Shown here: in pieces, positions 18,963 through 27,612 of the stretch | Layout: every line of letters starts with the position of its first letter | Numbering within the stretch: the first letter of the stretch is position 1 | From: a virus | Length of the DNA stretch: 64,000 nt | Virus record (IMG/VR): IMGVR_UViG_3300027861_000018 | Span: 1-64,000 of that record | Strand: one strand, 5' to 3' | Made by a program: the position numbers and the translations under genes | The notes under the pieces: generated by a model | The model's input: only the letters and a program-made list of their open reading frames with translations | What the model was told of the DNA's origin: nothing | The model's database searches: none

Positions 18963-19002
18963 CTGACTGACGTGCCCTTACGCTACAGGGCACTGATGAA
19001 AT

Positions 19003-19530
19003 TCAGTCGCCTTTCAGTCGCGCTCTCAAGCGTGCTTCCCTGCTTCCCACTGACTCAGCAGTGGAAATGCGCGGACCGGGCAAAGAGCGGTCCAGATGGT
19101 TGATCTCGGTGCGCATCATGGCACCTCTGGACCGCAGCATATCTGCCTTGACTTCCAATGCCTTGACGGCTCCTGAGAGACGATTGACCAGCTTCCAAGC
19201 AACTGCCTGCCTAGTCTTCCAAGACAAGAAACTTGGCTCAGCATTCAGTGCTGCCTTGGCCTTCCACTCTGCCAGCCTTGGCTCATCTTGGATGTACTCC
19301 AGCAACTGCTCCGCTTGCCAAGCCCTGTACCCAGCCTCAATCATGTCGCTGTGCTCACGAGCCGCCGCAAGCACTTGGGTGTACCAGCCAATGAGGCCGG
19401 CAATGTTCTCCATGTCCTCATCGATGTCAACGCTGGCGGTGGCACCCTTGACGTCAAGGGTGTGGCGTTGACCTTCGATGGTGACGATGATCTCATTGGA
19501 GGTTGACAGATGAATGAGTGCTTCAGCCAT
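19003..19530 (-). CDS. helical protein, possible UvsY-like recombination mediator
   Basis: Coiled-coil character; adjacent to SSB and RecA; function inferred from context only. Confidence 0.55.
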   Translation of the reverse strand: MAEALIHLSTSNEIIVTIEGQRHTLDVKGATASVDIDEDMENIAGLIGWYTQVLAAAREHSDMIEAGYRAWQAEQLLEYIQDEPRLAEWKAKAALNAEPSFLSWKTRQAVAWKLVNRLSGAVKALEVKADMLRSRGAMMRTEINHLDRSLPGPRISTAESVGSREARLRARLKGD

Positions 19531-19814
19531 CAGCTCTTGGCCTCCAAGACCCACTTCTTGCGCAAACTCTCGCTCATGGCAAACTTGATCTTGCGCCGCC
19601 GCACGACTGCCGACCCAGCCGGGATGATTGGCGACGTGATTGGGCGCGGCTCAGTGAATGCCGGCCGGAAGCTGCCGAAGTCAGGCACTGTGATGCGGCG
19701 CCCCTCCTCCAACAAGCTGATGATGGACTCGAATACAGCCCGCAGTTGCGCGGGCTCGACGCCAGAGCGTCTTGCCAAGACTTCCAATCCAATGCGATCA
19801 CTCGATGCGGCCAT
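19530..19814 (-). CDS. HU/IHF-like DNA-binding protein
   Basis: VFESIISLLEEGRRITVPDFGSF...KIKFAMSESLRK; AAGGAGGT SD. Confidence 0.85.
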   Translation of the reverse strand: MAASSDRIGLEVLARRSGVEPAQLRAVFESIISLLEEGRRITVPDFGSFRPAFTEPRPITSPIIPAGSAVVRRRKIKFAMSESLRKKWVLEAKS

Positions 19815-19878
19815 AACGACCTCCTTGGTATGACTGTGGATTGCCACAGGTTCAATGATTACTCTACAGCTACTGCGG

Positions 19879-22800
19879 TCAGATGGTTGTGGAAGTTACC
19901 TCTATGACGCCATCATCGCCTAGCATGACAGTCTTCCTGTCCTTTTTGAGATCAACGCGGATTGTGCATCCAACCTTGAGCCTTGGCCCCCAATCAGCAT
20001 AGCTGTCAGGAAACACAACGACCTCCAAGCAGGAGTGGTCTGCTAACTCCAGCGTGATGAAGGCCATGTCTTGACCGGTCTTTTTGGTAATGATGTGCTT
20101 GTGACTAATCACCAAGCCGCAAGCAACAAAGGAGCGTCGGCGCTGCCAAGCCTTCCCCCTCGTCACATCCCCCTTCTTGGCGGCCCGAAATGCAGGGTGG
20201 CTGGGGGTCAAGCATTTCTCCCAACCGTCCCATGCCAATCCGTGGCGCCCCTTATTGCGCATGGTCTCCAGGTCCACCACATACAGAGCGCGGCATGCCT
20301 TTACCCCCCTCCACGTCAGCAATCGCATCGCCATGGAGGTGCCAATGCCTTGGTCTAGAATCCACCTGAACTCAGGGAAATTGTCCTGGTGGACCTTCAC
20401 GCGAACCTGATTGCCGTGGATGTCTTCGATGTTCACATTGGCATAGCGCTTGCCCCAACCCATCCTGGCCTTGGTGGCGGCATCAGGCTCCACCGTGTCA
20501 AAGTCACCCACCTGATTGTACTTGATGTCAATCATGGTGCCGGCGATGAGCGGCATGGACGGCCCTGCCCACACCTCCTCAATAGGCGTGAAGCGACACC
20601 CAGAGAGGGCGCTGGTCATGAGATTGGCATAGACGGCCATGGGATGCTTCCCGCCACCAAGGGGCGACACCTCGCCTGCTAGATACAGCAGGTCCTCTTC
20701 ATCATAGTCAGGCTCGCCATCCCAATCGGCAATCAACTCGCGCAGGGCGTCCTCCCATCCTGCTTTCTGCTTGCGGCCGATGTCCAACCAACTGCCCTTC
20801 TCCTTGATTGTCTCCAGCGCGATGCGCGTGTTGGGCAAGAGCTTCCGCATGGCGCCTGACTTGATCATCGCCCCCAAGGCGCGACTGTTGACGGCACGCC
20901 CGGCGATGCGCGCGAAGAAGTCTGGCATATCTGTGAACGGCTGGGCCTTCTGGATGGCTGTCGTAGCTGTCTCACCAACATACTTGATGTCAGTGAGATT
21001 GGAGACGATGTGGCCGTCGCCATTGATGGCGAAGCCGACACCGCTGACATTGATGTCTGGCGGCTGTACCTCGACGCCCAGGCGTTGAGCCTCTTTGGAA
21101 TAGCGGGCAATCTGCTCGCGTTTGGGCTCGTTCTGCATCAGCGCCCACATCAGCTCGGCCGGGTGGTGAACCTTCATCCACATCTGCCAATAACCAATGA
21201 TGGCATAGGCGGCTGAGTGACTCTTGTTGAATCCATAGGAGTTATGTGAGATAATGCCGGATTCACTCAAGATGTATGTGGCCGGTGCTGCGCCCATCTC
21301 AATGTCATAGGTAGCCTGGAATCCTATGTCTTCAATCGAGACAACGCGGCGGCAGTCAAGCGTTCTTCCGCGTGCTCCTCCCTGTGGCAGCGATGGCACA
21401 ATGCTTCCAGATTCTCCAAGGAGTGGTCCTGAATCCTGTTCTTGTGATGGACGTGCAGGCCCTTCAGGGCGGGGTGGGGGCTGCTCGCATCCGCCTGGGC
21501 GCCGCACCTCTCGCATACGTTGTTGGCGCGCGCCAACGCCGCTGCCCTCGCAGCCTTCCGCGCCATTGACCTTCCGTCGATGTATCCCGGATTCAATGCC
21601 CCGGTCATCTTCTTGGACTGCGCCGCGATGGATTTGTCCGTGCCCTTGGTCAAGCCAGCCTTCCAGCCCCTGCCCTTGCCGGCATGCGGACCGTAGGACC
21701 CCACTGGGCGCCCTTCCTCGCGACGCAACGCCCTGTACTGACGCTGGTAGCAACGATTGCACAACCCGCGGCAGAATGCCTGCCGCTCCTGGCACGTCGA
21801 ACACATCTGTTCTGTCGACATCCTCATGCCCCTCTGCTTCTGGCTCAATTACCATAGCTGTCGAAGAGCAAATCAGCGACCCTTCAACCAGCTCCCGCGC
21901 CTCCAGCCATCCTGTTGGCGTAGCCCAGTGATGGCCCAGTGAGCAGGCAAAGGAGGACCCGTCATCCAAGGTGATCTTGATGCACGTCTTGACGCCAGTG
22001 GGCTCCACCACCTTGATCGCATTCACCACCTCACCCTGCGGCGTCCATGACACCAGTTCTTGGCCATTGACCAGGGAATCGATGCGTTGAGAACCATGCC
22101 TGGTCTTGATTAACGTTTCCCCAGTTAGGCAGCCGAAAAAGGTGATGTCACTTATGATCTTCTCTGCCACATCGGCAGGCACGCCGCGCTCGACCGCACC
22201 GGCCACGAACTTTTCACGCTCACGCTTCAGAGTCTCATCGCCAATCTTTTTGGCGATGACCTTTCGCAAGGAGTCGGCCGTGCCTGGCGCGTATCCCGCC
22301 ATCTGTACAAATATCTTGGTGACCTGCTCTTGATACACCAGCACACCCAGTGAGTCAGAACAGATGGAATCATACAGGGGATGGACTTGCCTCTCATCAC
22401 GACGTTTGGGGTTCAGCTTCCTCTTTTTGAACTCCGTCGCCAGCCCCGACCGCGCTGGCCCTGGCCTGTTGAGAGCCACCATCGCCACATTGTCTTCGAA
22501 GCTATCAAAGGCGATGCCCTCACAAGCTGCATGTGCGCCAGTGGAATCATATTGGAAGATGCCAACATAATGGTGATCTGTGAATGCCTGAAGCGTCTCT
22601 GGGTTATCGAGCGGCAGCAGCTCATAGTCCAGCTTGAGCCCAGGATTGCGCTTCTCTGCCATCTTGCGCGCGTCATTGAGCACGGTCAGGGTTCGAAGGC
22701 CCAAGATGTCGAGCTTGAGCAAGCCCATGCCGCCAACGCCGTACATGTCCCACGCCGCCAACTTGACGATCAGGTTGTTGCGCATGTGCGTTTCGATTGG

Positions 22801-24567
22801 CACCACATCCGGGAGCGGGACAGGCGAGGTGATGACGCCGGCTGCATGCACGCCCGGCTGCCTGGCGTGGCCCTCCAGCTTCACCACCAGCGGCAAGACG
22901 TGCGGGTGGCGTGCATTGAAGTCGCGACACACTTTGAATTCCACAAAGCTGTCTGCCACAGTCTGGCTCGCACGCTCATCACCGCTGGACCGCTCAACAA
23001 TGGCGCCCGTCACATCATTGAGCTCTCCAAACGGCACACCAAGCACGCGCCCCACATCCTTCAGCGCGCTCTTGCCCTTCATGCGGCCCACTGTACAGAT
23101 GAGACTCACCTTGTCTCTGCCCCACTTCTCATGCAAGTAGGTGATGACCTCCTCACGCCGCACATCCTCAAAATCCATATCGATATCAGGCATATCGATA
23201 CGCTCAGGGCTGATGAAGCGTTCGAACAGCAAACCATGCTCAAGTGGATCCAGAGAGGTGATGCCTAGCAAGTAACACACCAGCGAGCCAGCTGCAGAAC
23301 CGCGCCCCGGGCCTGTCATGATTGGCGGCTCTGCCATATCACGGCACCAGTTGATGAGGTCGCGAACAATCAGAAAGTACCCAGGGAACTTTGCGCAGGC
23401 AATCGGCTCCTTTCCTGCCTTGCGCAGTTCCACGTCCAATTCCTTGTCCAATCGTGCCCTGTACTCTGCGACTGAATATCCTGTGACCTTGGAGCGCCCC
23501 TCGATGTCGCGCCAATCCCACCCTTCAGCGCAGAGACGGGACAGCTCTGCCACATCATCGCTGGAATCATGAGGCACTTGCGGCACCAATGCCTTGAAGC
23601 GGTCGATGTGCATCTTGTAGGTGTGTGCATCAGAGACCTCCACCGTGGCTTCAATGACCTCTGCGGCCAATTCCTCACCCATGTATGGGTGATTGGCCAA
23701 GAACGCTTCCATCATCTCAGCACCGCTGCGCAAGTGGTAGCCCTGCGGCGACCGCGGGTGATCAGGCTCCTCCATCGTCATCTTGTTCGCCAGGCACAGC
23801 AAGATGGTGTGGGCATCGGTGTCGTCAGCATTGATGTAGTGAACGTCATTGACAGCAATGAGAGGCAAGCCCAATGCCCTAGCGATGCGGATGAATGCCT
23901 TGTTGACTCTGCGGTGGAGCGGTCCGGCGTGCGGCATTAGCTCCAGATACATGCGGCCCTTGTAGGCGGCAGCCAGCTTCTTGGCGGTGCGGGCGGCTTG
24001 GGCCATCCGGCCCTGGATGACGTGATCGCCCAACAGGGAATCGGGGCCGCCAAAGCTGATGGACAGCCCCTCGTTGTGCTCGATGAGGAGCTCAACGTCA
24101 ACGCGGGGGATGCCTCGATAGCAACCTCCATCATTGTCCCAGGCGATGGACGTGAGGCGCGACAGCGACCTGAAGCCGTTGCCCTCCATCACCCTCGCCG
24201 TCACATCCCACGAGCGCATCACCTGCTTGCGTGCCTCCTCTGCTCGGATGACTTTTTGGCGCTCCCGGCCTTCCAGCCCAAGTGCAACGATATCCTCGTC
24301 ATCCTTGGTCAATCCGTGCTGACGATGGTTGGTCACGACATTGAGCACTGCGCCATAGATGGGGCGTGGCTGCTCCTCGCCGTCAGGCGTGTGCACATAG
24401 GCTGCCTTCTGAAGGTCGTATGCATATCTCAAGGTTGAGGTGTCGGTGACGCACAGCGTGCGCATCCCTAACTCTCTGCCTCGATTCACATGGGCCCCAA
24501 GCTGCCCAAATGCCTGCAGATAACTATACTCTGTGCGGCGGCGCAACTCTTCATATCGCAACGTCAT
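19879..24567 (-). CDS. dnaE: DNA polymerase III alpha subunit (family C), intein-containing
   Basis: GPGRGSAAGSLVCYLLGIT, FERFISPERIDMPDIDMDF, HAAGV, KLDILGL, YQEQV, YGFNKSHSAAY, PPDIN; ATGA-coupled start at 24567. Confidence 0.97.
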   Translation of the reverse strand: MTLRYEELRRRTEYSYLQAFGQLGAHVNRGRELGMRTLCVTDTSTLRYAYDLQKAAYVHTPDGEEQPRPIYGAVLNVVTNHRQHGLTKDDEDIVALGLEGRERQKVIRAEEARKQVMRSWDVTARVMEGNGFRSLSRLTSIAWDNDGGCYRGIPRVDVELLIEHNEGLSISFGGPDSLLGDHVIQGRMAQAARTAKKLAAAYKGRMYLELMPHAGPLHRRVNKAFIRIARALGLPLIAVNDVHYINADDTDAHTILLCLANKMTMEEPDHPRSPQGYHLRSGAEMMEAFLANHPYMGEELAAEVIEATVEVSDAHTYKMHIDRFKALVPQVPHDSSDDVAELSRLCAEGWDWRDIEGRSKVTGYSVAEYRARLDKELDVELRKAGKEPIACAKFPGYFLIVRDLINWCRDMAEPPIMTGPGRGSAAGSLVCYLLGITSLDPLEHGLLFERFISPERIDMPDIDMDFEDVRREEVITYLHEKWGRDKVSLICTVGRMKGKSALKDVGRVLGVPFGELNDVTGAIVERSSGDERASQTVADSFVEFKVCRDFNARHPHVLPLVVKLEGHARQPGVHAAGVITSPVPLPDVVPIETHMRNNLIVKLAAWDMYGVGGMGLLKLDILGLRTLTVLNDARKMAEKRNPGLKLDYELLPLDNPETLQAFTDHHYVGIFQYDSTGAHAACEGIAFDSFEDNVAMVALNRPGPARSGLATEFKKRKLNPKRRDERQVHPLYDSICSDSLGVLVYQEQVTKIFVQMAGYAPGTADSLRKVIAKKIGDETLKREREKFVAGAVERGVPADVAEKIISDITFFGCLTGETLIKTRHGSQRIDSLVNGQELVSWTPQGEVVNAIKVVEPTGVKTCIKITLDDGSSFACSLGHHWATPTGWLEARELVEGSLICSSTAMVIEPEAEGHEDVDRTDVFDVPGAAGILPRVVQSLLPASVQGVASRGRAPSGVLRSACRQGQGLEGWLDQGHGQIHRGAVQEDDRGIESGIHRRKVNGAEGCEGSGVGARQQRMREVRRPGGCEQPPPRPEGPARPSQEQDSGPLLGESGSIVPSLPQGGARGRTLDCRRVVSIEDIGFQATYDIEMGAAPATYILSESGIISHNSYGFNKSHSAAYAIIGYWQMWMKVHHPAELMWALMQNEPKREQIARYSKEAQRLGVEVQPPDINVSGVGFAINGDGHIVSNLTDIKYVGETATTAIQKAQPFTDMPDFFARIAGRAVNSRALGAMIKSGAMRKLLPNTRIALETIKEKGSWLDIGRKQKAGWEDALRELIADWDGEPDYDEEDLLYLAGEVSPLGGGKHPMAVYANLMTSALSGCRFTPIEEVWAGPSMPLIAGTMIDIKYNQVGDFDTVEPDAATKARMGWGKRYANVNIEDIHGNQVRVKVHQDNFPEFRWILDQGIGTSMAMRLLTWRGVKACRALYVVDLETMRNKGRHGLAWDGWEKCLTPSHPAFRAAKKGDVTRGKAWQRRRSFVACGLVISHKHIITKKTGQDMAFITLELADHSCLEVVVFPDSYADWGPRLKVGCTIRVDLKKDRKTVMLGDDGVIEVTSTTI
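21241..22131 (-). mobile_element. intein (297 aa) in DnaE
   Basis: FFG|CLTGETLI (block A), CSLGHHW (block B), TYDIEM (block F), ISHN|S (block G plus Ser+1); removing it restores FFG-SYGFNKSH. Confidence 0.93.
21324..21821 (-). CDS. HNH homing endonuclease encoded out of frame inside the intein
   Basis: Frame shifted by 1 nt from dnaE; CSTC..CRGLCNRCY, NUMOD3-like WKAGLTK...GALNPGYIDG, CERC...LHVHHKNRIQDHSLENLEALCHRCHREEH; GAGGGG 7 nt before ATG 21821. Confidence 0.85.
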   Translation of the reverse strand: MSTEQMCSTCQERQAFCRGLCNRCYQRQYRALRREEGRPVGSYGPHAGKGRGWKAGLTKGTDKSIAAQSKKMTGALNPGYIDGRSMARKAARAAALARANNVCERCGAQADASSPHPALKGLHVHHKNRIQDHSLENLEALCHRCHREEHAEERLTAAALSRLKT

Positions 24568-25166
24568 GCTTGCTCTCCTGCAAGGCCAAGCCAATCGACA
24601 ACTGCCGCTTCGACGGCCGACCCTATGTGCTTCTCACCATCCCAGTAAGGAACCTGGCTCACGTCCAATCGCAAGGTAGGCAGAGCTGATGCTAGGCGCA
24701 CTGCGGTGTTGAGCCTGGACCGTACCCCAGACAATCGCTCCGGATGCCGTCTGGTGTCATCTGGCGGCAGGCGTGCCATCAAATTCTCAACCGGGGCATC
24801 CAGGTGAACGATGCGGGCGTCAAGCGGGCGCAGAGTTGACGCCCACCACCTCACCAGCGCAGCGTGGGCCAGCGGCCCTTCAGGAGCATAGGCCACGCCT
24901 GATGGCATCGACCTGTCCAGGAACAACCTGGACGACCAGGCCAAGCCAGCGTTGTGATGAAGGCACGCCAGCACATCGGCCGCATACACGTCATCCACAT
25001 AGGTGTTCACAGGCACGCCGCGCTCTCGCCACTCTGCCAGTTGATCCTGCGACAAGCGCCCATCCCTCCACGCCATCGCGCGATATGGCAGGAAGTCATA
25101 GCGCGCGAGTGACTCAGACAGGGTCGTCTTGCCGACACCTTCTGGGCCTTCCAGAACGAGAATCAC
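24564..25166 (-). CDS. dNMP (thymidylate-kinase-like) kinase
   Basis: ILVLEGPEGVGKTT, LFLDRSMPSGVAY, IVHLDAP. Confidence 0.85.
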   Translation of the reverse strand: MILVLEGPEGVGKTTLSESLARYDFLPYRAMAWRDGRLSQDQLAEWRERGVPVNTYVDDVYAADVLACLHHNAGLAWSSRLFLDRSMPSGVAYAPEGPLAHAALVRWWASTLRPLDARIVHLDAPVENLMARLPPDDTRRHPERLSGVRSRLNTAVRLASALPTLRLDVSQVPYWDGEKHIGSAVEAAVVDWLGLAGEQA

Positions 25167-26473
25167 GCGAGTGCTTTCATGAGGGCGGCGTGGGCCGCAT
25201 CCATCATTCTGAAAGCAATGGCCAGATCACGGGCGCTGATGTTCATTGGCGGATTGAACCTGATGGCGCCAGCATCGCGCCACGTCATGAGGAGCAGGCC
25301 GGCAGCGTGACAAGCGTCACAGAATTGACGCCCATTGTATGGCAAATCATCCCATTCCAGGTCAAATGCCTTCATCAAGCCATAGCCGTGCACCTTCTTG
25401 ACGTATGGGCGCTCATTCAGAGCCTTCTCGATGAGGTCGCCCTTGACGATGACCTCGCCCAGGTGGTCATCCAGCCACCCGATGAAACGAGTGGAATGAT
25501 GGCACACCCACTCAGACCCTGCCATACTGTTGAAATGGGTGCCCGGGGTCATCGCCTTGGCAATGGAAGCGTTGGCGATGACTGCGCTCATAGGGAAGCC
25601 CATGGCCAAACCCTTGCCAAGGCAGAGAATGTCAGGGCGCAAGTCAATCTCAGGGTGCTGCCAGCTGCTGTAATGGCCGCAGCGACCCGCGCCAGCCTGA
25701 ACATCGTCAAAGATGATCAAGATGCCCTTCGTGTCCGCAAACTCTCGCAACCTCTGGAAGAACACCTTGGGATAGGTTGTGATGCAATTGTTGCCAAGAA
25801 CTGGCGCCATGTTGATGGCGCCCACCTGATCCCAACGCAGGTCAGGATCATCGCCCGGCGGCAAACCTCCGGTGGGCCCCTCCTTCAGGAGGGAGAACCA
25901 CCAGTTGTCACCATTGTCGAAATACTCGACAGTCCCAAACAACGGGGGCATCGGGCCATACCCCTCCTTGTGATATGGGCTATCGGTTGAATCAGAGCAC
26001 GCCATGGCGAAGGCTGTACGCCCATGGAAGTTGCCCTTGAGAGTGACGACGCCCAGCTTGGGGTTGCCGTCACGGTCTTTGTGCGTGCCATGCTTGGTCT
26101 GCCACAATCGGGCTAGCTTGATGGCTGTCTCATTTGCCTCGGCGCCGCTGTTGGCATAGAACACCTTGCCGCAGTCGCCTTCATCTGTATAGCCTGTGCG
26201 ATTGACCAACAGAGCCGCATTGTACTCGCGGTGCGGGCCGTGATAGGCGCGAGGCAGGCGGTGGGGTGCGTTGGTTGTGAGTAGCTCCATGGCTGTCTTC
26301 TGAAGAATTGGCGTGTTGTAGCCCATTGAGGCCACGCCTTCATCGTTCCAACAGTCAAGGAGTTTGAGCCCTGTGTCAGTGATCAGCCACGACCCCTTGC
26401 CTTTGACAAAGCACAACGGTACGCGGTGGGTGATGTCAAACAGGTATTGGGCTGGCTTGATGGTGTCGTCCAA
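25163..26473 (-). CDS. PLP-dependent class III aminotransferase (ArgD/ornithine AT-like, divergent)
   Basis: NSGAEANETAIKLAR, FHGRT, LIIFDDVQAGAGRCG, PDILCLGKGL (PLP Lys), IRFNPP. Confidence 0.93.
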   Translation of the reverse strand: MDDTIKPAQYLFDITHRVPLCFVKGKGSWLITDTGLKLLDCWNDEGVASMGYNTPILQKTAMELLTTNAPHRLPRAYHGPHREYNAALLVNRTGYTDEGDCGKVFYANSGAEANETAIKLARLWQTKHGTHKDRDGNPKLGVVTLKGNFHGRTAFAMACSDSTDSPYHKEGYGPMPPLFGTVEYFDNGDNWWFSLLKEGPTGGLPPGDDPDLRWDQVGAINMAPVLGNNCITTYPKVFFQRLREFADTKGILIIFDDVQAGAGRCGHYSSWQHPEIDLRPDILCLGKGLAMGFPMSAVIANASIAKAMTPGTHFNSMAGSEWVCHHSTRFIGWLDDHLGEVIVKGDLIEKALNERPYVKKVHGYGLMKAFDLEWDDLPYNGRQFCDACHAAGLLLMTWRDAGAIRFNPPMNISARDLAIAFRMMDAAHAALMKALA

Positions 26474-26482
26474 GATGTCCTC

Positions 26483-27562
26483 TCAGGATGTGCGAAGGGC
26501 GTGGGCTGCGACGGTTGCCGCGTGTTGCGGGTCCTCCCCTGACTCCAAGGGGCGGCCTGTATACGGGTCACGACCCCAGAAAATGGCGCGGCGCATTGCC
26601 TCCTCTTCGATGTCAAACATAAGCCTGATTGTGCCATTCTTGTAGGCAGCTCGGGCCTGGTCTGCCAGGGGTGAGGATTCTCGGCCGAGGAATAGCGGAC
26701 AGACCGGCAGATTGTGGTCGCGGCCATCAAACCTGCGCTGGATGTCCTCTGGGAAAATGCACCCCGTGTACTTGGTTCCCTTCATGCACGGCGGGGTGAC
26801 GAGGCGGCCAAAGCACGGGTGGATGTGGGTTGTGAGTTGGCTGATGATCCCGTTGATGATCGGGCCCCAATACCCAAGCTGGAGGATGGTGCAGCCTCGC
26901 TTCCCAACGATGTGCTGGAGTGTTCGCAGATTGAGGGTCCAACTGAGACGTGAGGTGGCGCCCAGTGGGATGAGGTCACGGGCATCCTCCAGCGGGAGGC
27001 CGCTGGAAGCCCAGCGAGCATACATTGCCTCGATGGTCTCCATGTCCTTGCGCCACCTCAGCACCGCGTCTGGCCCCATCGCAATCACAGTATCTGGGGT
27101 GCGGAAGGCACTGCGCTCGCTGGCGAACGTTGACATGTCGAGAAGTCGCATGGATTGGCTCCACGCGCTCATGTCTGCCACTTCAGGGATGGTGTCGACT
27201 GTGATCCAGTCAGCACCAACGCGCACATCAGGCTTGGTCCCGACGCGATGGCGCACCATCTGCTCCCGCCAGCCGATGCTGGCATTCTCAATGATGAAGT
27301 TGAAACTAACTGCCTCGACAACAGGAACGCCCTCCATCACGCTGGTCATCAAATCTGCCAGCTCAACGTCACTCATGATCAGCACTTGGCCGACGATGTC
27401 ATCCAACTCTTCAGTCGTCTTTGACTGAAGCCAGATGATAGCGATGACCTGCATCACGCCCAGACGTGGATCGGAATTGATGCGGCGCTGAAGGTGGAAG
27501 GGCATGCCGCTGACGCCAACCAGTGTGACCTTGGGCGGGTCGGTTGGCTTGACGAGGTCCAT
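26483..27562 (-). CDS. thyX: ThyX-family flavin-dependent enzyme, divergent
   Basis: QMVRHR...SQSMR and EDARDLIPLG...LNLRTL..IVGKR; GGAG SD before ATG 27562 (GTG 27598 also possible). Confidence 0.8.
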   Translation of the reverse strand: MDLVKPTDPPKVTLVGVSGMPFHLQRRINSDPRLGVMQVIAIIWLQSKTTEELDDIVGQVLIMSDVELADLMTSVMEGVPVVEAVSFNFIIENASIGWREQMVRHRVGTKPDVRVGADWITVDTIPEVADMSAWSQSMRLLDMSTFASERSAFRTPDTVIAMGPDAVLRWRKDMETIEAMYARWASSGLPLEDARDLIPLGATSRLSWTLNLRTLQHIVGKRGCTILQLGYWGPIINGIISQLTTHIHPCFGRLVTPPCMKGTKYTGCIFPEDIQRRFDGRDHNLPVCPLFLGRESSPLADQARAAYKNGTIRLMFDIEEEAMRRAIFWGRDPYTGRPLESGEDPQHAATVAAHALRTS

Positions 27563-27612
27563 CAAGGTCTCCAGAGAAACGGGGTTAGTCTCGACCACTC
27601 TACAGCGGCGCG

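Noticed and set aside
21326-21931. Antisense ORF over the intein (possible triple coding)
   Set aside because: Low-complexity product with no motifs; explained as a shadow frame
24773-25990. 405-aa plus-strand ORF (likewise 33977-35104, 22381-23268, 12325-13158)
   Set aside because: Antisense to well-supported enzymes; no recognisable domains
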